Below are positions 56,101-64,000 of a DNA stretch of 64,000 nucleotides, in pieces. The DNA is taken from the NCBI GenBank assembly GCA_002811645.1, contig PDIP01000110.1, forward strand, positions 10,156-74,155. Reading direction: 5' to 3'. Origin of the DNA: Corallochytrium limacisporum Hawaii (Eukaryota > Protista > Pluriformea). The position numbers and the translations under genes are program-made. The stretch's first letter is position 1. Each line of letters opens with the position of its first letter. The notes under the pieces are model-generated. The model had not been told where the DNA came from, ran no database searches, and saw only the letters and a list, made by a program, of their open reading frames with translations.

Positions 56101-57079
56101 TTTAACCATGTCTTGTCATTCACAATAGCTGGGTTGGACACACAAAATAAACAAGACACAAAACACCACTGTTCTAACTCTTTGCTCATTTTTCTACACA
56201 TATGCATATATTTGGTATCGGGCGGGCTCATCGAGTGGACGATGATGGGGAAGGAGGGGAGAATTATCAAAGCTTTTTCTCATCACTCCTAATTTATGGG
56301 ACGGGACGGGTTGGTACATAGACCATATATCAGCGGGACAAGCGAATACACCAGGCTGCCCGCCCGATAAGAGACGAAGGAAATGGGGAGTTGTTGGTGG
56401 TCATTCTGCTGTATAGTTCCGTTACCTTTGGGACTGTGGCAAGGAAAGCGAAAGATCTCTGAAGCTTTCGTTCTAGGGGTTCGTGTCTGAATATGGTCAG
56501 CCGAGGAGACCACACGCTGAGCATTTTCAGACTGGGGCTGCTCGCCGTGTGCTCGACCTCAGCATTCGCGCGTAAAACCTTTTAGAGTTAGACGGGTATT
56601 ACGCGGAGACGAACGAAGCGCAGGGGGAAAGCAAGGGAGTACAAAAAGAGGAGGAAGGCCCCAATCCCTGCCTAATTCTGACACATAATCAATTGATTTG
56701 AGCCGCATTCATGGCTAATCTATTGAATCATATGGTATTTCCAAGGTTCCTACTTGAATTTGATAGACAATCAATAAATCTAAGCCTAGAGACCGCTGGG
56801 TTGCCAAAATGGACTCCCCAAAGAGAAACGCTTTTTATATACTTATATTTCTGAATTTTGACACGTCCCTAACCAGCCAGTGAGTCTTGGGCCCGCGCTG
56901 GGTTCTTTGCAGGTAGTTAGCCTGCGACCATTCCGACTAACTCAAGACAGTATCCTCAGGTTGTTGAAACCTTGCGAGTGCAACCGTCCTAATTTTTGAT
57001 CCCAGGTCTAATACTAGAGATCAATGACCCAATTGTTTACACTCGCAAGTCATGAAGTGATGATAGAGTCATAGAAGGA

Positions 57080-57847
57080 ATGGAGGACAAAAAGGCCGCA
57101 GGCCGTGCCTATCGGGCAAAACAACGGAATAAACAGCGTTTCGATAAGCCGAGCCATGCAAGGAGCAAGGAGAAAGTAGTCGAACCCACACAACCTGATT
57201 CTTCCGATGATGAGGAAGCAGATTCAGATCAGCGCCGCTATGCGAAACGTGGATTGCGCGATCAGAACAAGGACGTGGACCTGGAGTTCCTCGACGTTTC
57301 CGACGTTGCTGGTGCTGGTGATCAGTACGGACAGTCTGTGCCAACGTTATGGGACGTGGTTGGAGAGCAAAAAAGAACACAGGAAAGGCAGGGTGAAGAT
57401 TTGGTGCCTGATCAAAATACCGTGTCCACTTATCGGGAACACTTCCGGGCTCTCGATCCCTCTACACTGGCGGACTGTCTCCTAACAATCCCGTTCCCGG
57501 AGCTTGTGGACATGGACGAGAGTGACTTCAACGGCCTTGAGACCCATCTATCACGAAGCCAGCAACCACTCGAAACCTGGCGGGAGAGTGTGCGGTCGAT
57601 GTATTTGCCGATAAGGGAGACAAAGGGAGATGCTGTCAGTCTTCCAGTATCCACAGGTCAATCACCGGCTCAACAGCATCGTAAAGAAGAGCCTGCCTTG
57701 ACACAGAAGACGGAGAAAGGGCCTGCTCTAGCCGAGAAGAAAATGGAATCGGCTCAGTCAGCAGATAAAGGTGTTGAAGGGGCAAGCAATGTGGACGATG
57801 TCAACGATGAGGAAAATTTGGAAGAGTGGCTAGATTCAGTACTGTAA
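57080..57847 (+). CDS. AVEN: Cell death regulator Aven-like protein
   Basis: 'RRYAKRGL', 'LDPSTLADCLLTIPF' and C-terminal 'LEEWLDSVL' parallel AVEN motifs (YSKRKI, LVRALQELPL, LEDWLDSM). Confidence 0.65.
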   Translation: MEDKKAAGRAYRAKQRNKQRFDKPSHARSKEKVVEPTQPDSSDDEEADSDQRRYAKRGLRDQNKDVDLEFLDVSDVAGAGDQYGQSVPTLWDVVGEQKRTQERQGEDLVPDQNTVSTYREHFRALDPSTLADCLLTIPFPELVDMDESDFNGLETHLSRSQQPLETWRESVRSMYLPIRETKGDAVSLPVSTGQSPAQQHRKEEPALTQKTEKGPALAEKKMESAQSADKGVEGASNVDDVNDEENLEEWLDSVL

Positions 57848-57889
57848 ATGGCATACTAAATTATGTAAATTCTTTATGTGTTTCATTGC

Positions 57890-60703
57890 TTAGCCATCAG
57901 GAATGACAAAGGGATCCTCAATCGGCACCACGATGTCCCTGACTAGACATTCAATAAGCCAGTAGCATGTCACAACGTGGACTCCGAGGCGGGCAGCCCG
58001 CTGCAGAACGGCCATGTTGCCTTTCTGACTCAGCGCTTTTCGGCCATCCCATTCCGTGCTGTCCACGATGACCACCTGAGCTTCCCGCATGCCACGGGAA
58101 AGCTGCAAGGGCAAGCGACAGTGACGAATGATGAGGTGCCAGAAGTCAATGAACTCCCTGGTACCATCAAGGCAGATTTTCATTGGCGTACCTAGTGCCA
58201 ACCCGTTGCGGTTGATGGCACCTGCAATCTGTGTGGTCGGCGGACACATGGCTGGCGGAGGAAGTTTGCTCATTTCCTTGTTGACGATCTTACAGTTCTG
58301 GCTCAGTGACCAGCCGCGGTGTAGCAGATAGTGTGATGGATCGAGCAGTTTCTGTAGCTTCACGCTTCGAAAGATCCATTCCGAACCCACAACAGGCACT
58401 CTAGCGGACAGAGCGAGCAGGAATTTTCGCGTCCGGCGGTATTCGTCGGAAACGACTGCGACCTGATGCTGACTGTAAATGGCCCTGGCAAGATCTTCGT
58501 CTGTCTCTAGTACTTTGCCGCCGTGTTTCTTTATTGCATCCGCTAATTCCTGGCCCATAGCTTCCCGTTCTTGATCCACTGCATTGACAGGGATGTCGCG
58601 CATCTTCTCAGGATCTAGACGCCCCCCGTATCTGCCGCTTCCTAAGGTGAGGCAGAACACCCACCCCTCGAAGATGGGTCCTCCCTTCTTACCACTACTG
58701 TACAGCTGCCCAGTGTTTCTCGATGTACTATGACGTCGAGGCGACATACGGCGATTGGGAGTGAGGCCAGGACCATTGTTCAGAATATTGGTCTCCAGAG
58801 TGGCCGCCTGGGTGGTGATGCTAACATCCCTCCAAGGCATTTCGACCTCAGAGCCATCAATTAGTGCAAGAATGTAACTATCTCGGCTTTTGCATGCCTT
58901 TCGCACTGTTGCGCGGATAGTGGCATGGATATTGCGCACTAAGACCTCGTTGCCCTTCTGCGCCCATTCGTTGCGAACTAGTTCAGTGCCATCCGCAGAG
59001 TGATTTTGCCATTCGCCCTTACAGTAGTACTTTACCGCATAAGGCTGGTCTCCGTCTTCGTTGGTGTAGAAGCGATCGCCATCGGCCTTCGATGCGAACG
59101 TGGCTGGGTAGTACACGCCATCATCGGGTAAATACATGAGCACTCTCCGGTTTCTGGGAGACGGTGGTGTGTCCTTCCTTTGTGGTGTACCACAAGATTG
59201 CGCGGCTTCTGTTGCTGCTGTCTCCAGTTCATCCTGAACAGAGGCTCCTTCTGTCTCCATTGGTTGCTGCGATGTCTGTACACACATATCCTCTTGCTGA
59301 GGCACCAGCTCTGCTCTTCGGCGCTTTGCCGGTATCAAATCCATGACTTCCCGACTCACATTGCTCGAGTGCGGACCAGACATTGTGTTCTTTGACAACG
59401 TAGATAGTGTGTGCCGAGCATCATCAAATGACTGATTGATCAGATTGTCCACTAGTTTACGTTTCTGCCACAGGTTAGCTGAATTTATCGCAACCGCTTC
59501 GCTTCGCTGGCTCAATAACCGTCTACTAGTGTCAACAATGTGATCTTCCTTGTCCACAATCCGGATTGTGTATATTGTTTTCTCCTCAATAACAATCTGA
59601 GCAGAAGGTATACACCTTACATCTTCCTCGCCATCATCACCGACGTCAGCGAATCTCTTACGCTTCTGCCCAGGAGTCTCCTTGTTTGTCCTCACTGACA
59701 TCGTGTAAGGAGCCCTGAAAGCGTGACTCAAAACACTACGTCCGGTATTGAACTCTCGTTCATCAGTTTCGTAGTGCGGATTCTCATCCTCTGATTCCCC
59801 TGCCCTGTCCTTTTCAGTGGACTCCTGTGCGTCCGTTTGCTGTCTCTGTGCCTGCTCAATCTGGGCATCCATGGGTGGCGTTCCAACAAGGGAATTGATT
59901 GTGTCCTGTCCACCCCAGGCAGAATTGACTGAACTCGGCACATATCCTTGGGGTGTGGGCCGCTGAGCAGGTAGTGTGGAAGTGATTTGTGGTGTTGGCT
60001 TTGGTGCTTGCTTAGGTGGTTCCGTGTGTGGCCTTGCGGCGGCCTGTGCTGTGCTTTGTAGCGGTGCGGTGCGAGTTTCCGGACCCTGGGTATTATTTTG
60101 TTGAGACACCTCATCAATGAGGCCAGAAACGGTCTCCTCGGCTACACCTACTTCACTGCAAAACAGAGAGTCATGCGCAAATGGTGGCTCGCTATCCGAG
60201 TGGTGGGGATGTACATTCTGACGCCGCTCAAGTGTACTCTTTGCTGAGTTTTCATTGTGTGATTGGGATGCGTTAGTATCAGGGACTGCTTTGAAGGCCC
60301 GATGCGGTTGAGAATCTACAAACGAACTGCTGTACATGATTACCAGATTCTCTTCATTGGACGGCAGGGACACCCTGTGAGCTTCTCCACCAGCTTTGGA
60401 TCCGTGGTGGTTACTTCCCTGGGCCCTGTCTTGGCTGTTGTTGTCAATAACTTTCAATACTATCCTCTGCGATAAACTTTGGCTCTGCAAATGGTCATCA
60501 TCTTCATCACAGTCGTGGGCTGAGCCGCGCTCTGTGGTCCCCGTGCTTGTTTTGGGGCCGATCGTCAGGGAAGGCTGATAACAATTCAACGGTGTGCGAC
60601 CCGGTTGCAACTTTAACGGCACTTGATCCCCATGCGGATTCACTAAGGTTTGGCTGTTTGGTTCTCCAACCACGATATCCGAGCAGCTACTCTGACTTCG
60701 CAT
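57890..60703 (-). CDS. TP53BP1: 53BP1/Crb2/Rad9-like DNA-damage mediator (SQ/TQ-rich N-term, oligomerisation segment, Tudor, tandem BRCT)
   Basis: BRCT 'IFEGWVFCLT', 'RRTRKFLLALSARVPVVGSEWI', 'LLHRGWSL', 'VVTCYWLIECL'; Tudor-like 'DGVYYPA..EDG'. Confidence 0.82.
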   Translation of the reverse strand: MRSQSSCSDIVVGEPNSQTLVNPHGDQVPLKLQPGRTPLNCYQPSLTIGPKTSTGTTERGSAHDCDEDDDHLQSQSLSQRIVLKVIDNNSQDRAQGSNHHGSKAGGEAHRVSLPSNEENLVIMYSSSFVDSQPHRAFKAVPDTNASQSHNENSAKSTLERRQNVHPHHSDSEPPFAHDSLFCSEVGVAEETVSGLIDEVSQQNNTQGPETRTAPLQSTAQAAARPHTEPPKQAPKPTPQITSTLPAQRPTPQGYVPSSVNSAWGGQDTINSLVGTPPMDAQIEQAQRQQTDAQESTEKDRAGESEDENPHYETDEREFNTGRSVLSHAFRAPYTMSVRTNKETPGQKRKRFADVGDDGEEDVRCIPSAQIVIEEKTIYTIRIVDKEDHIVDTSRRLLSQRSEAVAINSANLWQKRKLVDNLINQSFDDARHTLSTLSKNTMSGPHSSNVSREVMDLIPAKRRRAELVPQQEDMCVQTSQQPMETEGASVQDELETAATEAAQSCGTPQRKDTPPSPRNRRVLMYLPDDGVYYPATFASKADGDRFYTNEDGDQPYAVKYYCKGEWQNHSADGTELVRNEWAQKGNEVLVRNIHATIRATVRKACKSRDSYILALIDGSEVEMPWRDVSITTQAATLETNILNNGPGLTPNRRMSPRRHSTSRNTGQLYSSGKKGGPIFEGWVFCLTLGSGRYGGRLDPEKMRDIPVNAVDQEREAMGQELADAIKKHGGKVLETDEDLARAIYSQHQVAVVSDEYRRTRKFLLALSARVPVVGSEWIFRSVKLQKLLDPSHYLLHRGWSLSQNCKIVNKEMSKLPPPAMCPPTTQIAGAINRNGLALGTPMKICLDGTREFIDFWHLIIRHCRLPLQLSRGMREAQVVIVDSTEWDGRKALSQKGNMAVLQRAARLGVHVVTCYWLIECLVRDIVVPIEDPFVIPDG

Positions 60704-61026
60704 TATGCACTCACGCGATTACTTCCATGGTTGCCTCTAAACTGTTCACCAAGATTCTCCCTTCGCCTGGTCTTGGTCCGAGTTTCTCTCATGCAGTGCC
60801 TCGCCTTCTAAATGACCATATCGATCAGTCTTCAAATACCAAGCTGCCACGCGAAGACCTCTGCTTAAGGGATAACTAGACATCGATGTCGCTCCTTGTC
60901 GGCCCGGTGCAGTCGTCGTTGCTACCATTGTGTGGTTCTCCGCCCCACCCCGGGGCGGGCGACGAGCTGGCTGTCCGTGCCTTCTCCTGCAACAACCCCC
61001 ACCTTTTGTCAGTCAGTGAAGAATGA

Positions 61027-61047
61027 GGCGCGAAACACGCAAATTGG
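61027..61047. promoter_or_regulatory. E2F-like site (GGCGCGAAA) next to an inverted CCAAT box in the 53BP1/CENP-U divergent promoter
   Basis: ggcgcgaaa 61027-61035 and attgg 61043-61047. Confidence 0.4.
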
Positions 61048-61305
61048 CCCAGTTCTCCAGAGAAAAGGGGGGGGGTCGATTTTCATCAATCCCCTCGCTG
61101 CTCCGGCGCCCTGGGAGGGACAGGGGGGGAAGGAGCGGGACTCTCGCACCCTTAACTCAGAGTTTGTCACAGGGGTTGGTGGACCTCACTCTGGGCGCGC
61201 GGGGTAAGGGGGTCCAGGCGGGCCGCGAAGGGGGCGAACGGTCCCCAGCAGCAACTTGGGCCTGCCAAGCTGGATGGAACGGAGGGTACCTAAAGGTGCG
61301 AAGCG

Positions 61306-61905
61306 ATGACAATTTCTTGGATGTGCTGCATGGTTGCTAAGCCATGTAAAGGGAACTGTAGATGCAATGGACAAAGCATGGTGAACGAGGACGCATCAGT
61401 GCTGGGAATATTCCTGGCAGACCTGATTGAATTGGTTAGACTGGTGTGGAAGCAACTGTTACCTGAGAGTAGGGATGCGGTCCTGGACGTCCTTGAGGAG
61501 ATTGAGAGGTCCGTCACAGCACAAAAACTGCGTCTCAATGAACAGAATATGTTGGTGAGAGCGGTTCAGTCTTCGAGGCAAAAAACGAAAGACCTGCGGA
61601 GTCAGCTCTTGCTAGTACACCGGGAATATCAAGATCTTGAGAGAAGCATCGGTGATATGAACACTGAGCACGAATACAGAAGAGTCGAAATGGAACGAAA
61701 GGCTCAGGTTGATCGCGCTTTGCAAATCATGGAAGCTACTGTGACGCTGGCGGCACATCAAGGTGAATGTTCCCCAATCCGTGGATCGTCGGCCCAGCGA
61801 TCCACGGATGTTGAGGACAGCCTGCAGACTCTAGTCCACGGGCCAACGTCCGGACTAAGGGCTTTGCAGACTTTAACAGAAGAGTTGACACAATTTGGCA
61901 CGTGA
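61306..61905 (+). CDS. Probable inner-kinetochore CENP-U/Ame1-like coiled-coil protein
   Basis: 'VNEDASVLGIFLADLIE' and 'NMLVRAVQSSRQKTKDLRSQLLLVHREYQDL..EHE' resemble the fungal Ame1 pattern; true start may be ATG 61378. Confidence 0.55.
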   Translation: MTISWMCCMVAKPCKGNCRCNGQSMVNEDASVLGIFLADLIELVRLVWKQLLPESRDAVLDVLEEIERSVTAQKLRLNEQNMLVRAVQSSRQKTKDLRSQLLLVHREYQDLERSIGDMNTEHEYRRVEMERKAQVDRALQIMEATVTLAAHQGECSPIRGSSAQRSTDVEDSLQTLVHGPTSGLRALQTLTEELTQFGT

Positions 61906-61964
61906 CTACATACTTATGAATACAGGGTTTAAAGAAACACTTGCTACATTTATTCACTATTCCG

Positions 61965-63653
61965 CTACTGTTGGACTGAGTGCCCCATGAGCGCGTAGGG
62001 GTTCTTGAGCATTTTGATCGCACGGGTGTACAGGCCATCATAGCGAGTGCGGTCTCCTTTTTCAACCTCAAATTGCATGTACTCCGCCCAAAACACGTGG
62101 TCAGTGCGACCAAAATTATCTACAGCACACTCATAGAGATGCCTGTGGAGACTTACGTCATTCGGGAACATGCAACTCAGAATATCTCGCATCATATACA
62201 TAAGGGCCCGCGACAAGTAGCGAGCTTGCAGAGTGTCCTGAATTTCCTTCCTTAATGCCGCTCTGTGACCCTTGAAGAGCAAGCCAATGAGCGTCTCGGA
62301 TCGCAGTCGATTCCATTTCTTCTTGTCACTGATATCCACAGTATCAGCTTCATTATTCTTACCGACAGTAGAAAGATCGACTACATCTGGTTCGTCAATC
62401 GCATCCATCCAGGCCAGACCAACCTCCGACGCAATGTCTCCGTTGCTCTCCTCGTCGGTGCTTGGCTCCGAGGAAGACTTTTGCTCTTGTAAAGCAATCA
62501 AAGCCTCTTGCACAACTCCGACAAGTGGATCACCCGCCAGTGGAACCATCGCCAAGAATTCGTTCCAGACACCAATGCGCGTTATGATCAGTTCGTCTCC
62601 GCAGGGGCCTGCGTGTTCACCCAAGCATTCCATGACCTCCACCTGCGAATTCTCGATTTCTCGTGCAATACCTTCAAGATCTGCGTGCTCGGTCTCATCG
62701 GCCCATGCCACCCGTGCATGAGACAGCGGCCAGGCAAGGAGGATCTGTGCGATGGCCAGTAGACTCTTCCGTTCTTTTTCTTGGGCGGAGCTCTCGGTGT
62801 CTACGTCCTCCGCTAACTTGGCAAGTGTGACCCGCAGGTCCTCCCGGACGGTGTTGTGGATCGGCGCGCCAAGCCGTGAATTTGCAATGAAATCCAGGAC
62901 CTGAGTAAGATAACTATACAAAAACTGACCCTTAAGGGCCGTGGACGCGCGACGAACAAGTAGAAGGATGACTTCACCCCGCCAGAACTGCATCTCCTCC
63001 CCTTCATCCTGAAAATCAGCATGCACACTAGTGTCCTCAGGGAACCGGCCCGCAAGAATGTTACGCCGCTTCAGCATTTTTTCCCAGTACAGATACTCCA
63101 ACCGTGTGTATTCACGCCAGAGAGCTAAGTTGGTGTCCTGGGTGCGCAAGCCTCTCTGCAGCATAGTGCGAGCTGCCTGAATGTTTGCATACTCTTCGAA
63201 TTGATGCTTTGCTGCCAGAATCCACAAATCAGTCTCCAATGGATGATACTGAATCGCTTGAGCCACCACTCTATCCAAAGTTTTTGCACTGCCTGTGCGC
63301 TGGCAGAAGCTGATGTACTCTTTCCATAATTTGAGATCACCAGAAAACTTCTTCAACGCGCCCTGGAATGTGTGGTGGATTCGTTTACTTAGTCCATGTT
63401 CACTGTGCCGAATCTTTCCAACATTTGGTTTCTTACGCCGTCTAACACGCCGGATAGCGTCGAGATTGACCTGATATTGAATGTATCTTAAGAAATCCTT
63501 CTTGTGTGGCGGGCGCTTGAGTAAGGCATATTCGAATTTTGTCACATCTTTGATTATCTTGTTCACCTCTTCACCTGTAAAAATCTCTCGATTTTTCAAC
63601 TCGTAGAGCTCTGGAGAGATCGACTCCAACGTTTGGCGTACCACTTCCGCCAT
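61965..63653 (-). CDS. UTP6: U3 snoRNA-associated protein 6 (HAT repeats)
   Basis: 'MAEVVRQTLESISPEL..IFT.EEV..I..FEY..DFLRYIQY', 'DLKLWKEYI', 'ARTMLQRGLR..LWREYTRLE'. Confidence 0.95.
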   Translation of the reverse strand: MAEVVRQTLESISPELYELKNREIFTGEEVNKIIKDVTKFEYALLKRPPHKKDFLRYIQYQVNLDAIRRVRRRKKPNVGKIRHSEHGLSKRIHHTFQGALKKFSGDLKLWKEYISFCQRTGSAKTLDRVVAQAIQYHPLETDLWILAAKHQFEEYANIQAARTMLQRGLRTQDTNLALWREYTRLEYLYWEKMLKRRNILAGRFPEDTSVHADFQDEGEEMQFWRGEVILLLVRRASTALKGQFLYSYLTQVLDFIANSRLGAPIHNTVREDLRVTLAKLAEDVDTESSAQEKERKSLLAIAQILLAWPLSHARVAWADETEHADLEGIAREIENSQVEVMECLGEHAGPCGDELIITRIGVWNEFLAMVPLAGDPLVGVVQEALIALQEQKSSSEPSTDEESNGDIASEVGLAWMDAIDEPDVVDLSTVGKNNEADTVDISDKKKWNRLRSETLIGLLFKGHRAALRKEIQDTLQARYLSRALMYMMRDILSCMFPNDVSLHRHLYECAVDNFGRTDHVFWAEYMQFEVEKGDRTRYDGLYTRAIKMLKNPYALMGHSVQQ

Positions 63654-64000
63654 TTTAACCTACTCTATAATTTCTCACTAGTTGGTTCTTTAAACTACAT
63701 AGCGCCCGTTCTGGCTCCTTCCGCCCCTCTTCACACAATGTCTCCTCTGCAGGTCTATCCATACACAGCCTTAATACTATAAAGCTCATGTTCTCAACTA
63801 CCTTCATGATTTTGATTAGTACCACTTAGAGATGCAGTTTGAAACTGCGAATTCCAGACGAAAGTCCGAAAAGATGGAAAGATGAGAAACGTGGGGATTT
63901 AGGCTCGACCGTCCTTCAGCCCACCCACCCGCCTGAGACCCGCATGGCTGGCCTGCGGTGCATTTGCAGAGGGAAGGAGGCGGAGGCCCACCCCCCCCCC

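Noticed and set aside
1-64000. CRISPR arrays, rRNA, intact transposons or prophage
   Set aside because: No spaced direct-repeat arrays, rRNA signatures, or RT/integrase/transposase ORFs recognised; the gene content is eukaryotic

Overview
Gene-dense eukaryotic nuclear scaffold with three N gaps and about 19 protein-coding genes, almost all intronless even at 4-4.7 kb. Genes: a FYR-DDT-PHD-PWWP chromatin protein, MED6, a 40-aa Cys-rich microprotein, PDK, an SNF2 helicase, a tandem-BTB protein, adenylate kinase, AMPK-beta, CRYZL1-like, SKI3/TTC37, Munc13-like, a bacterial-type tandem DsbA/GST-kappa protein, AVEN-like, 53BP1-like, CENP-U/Ame1-like and UTP6. Animal-like genes plus near-total lack of introns suggest a unicellular holozoan such as Corallochytrium (inference only). 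Three things are invisible in the ORF track. (1) A broken pseudogene of the axonemal nexin-dynein regulatory subunit DRC7/CCDC135 (~11780-12852; three frameshifts, one nonsense codon), and probably a second decayed centrin-like/EFCAB11-like gene (33752-34195); together these suggest flagellar gene loss in progress. (2) An At4g15545/NAIP-like gene that is complete only after splicing a 2,426-nt and a 169-nt intron (47743-51192), with built-in options for a truncated isoform and a domain-only isoform. (3) A consistent layout: poly-G/poly-C tracts and CnGn palindromes ~200-500 bp upstream of start codons, versus very short convergent 3' spacers. All family assignments come from recognising motifs by eye, not from database searches.
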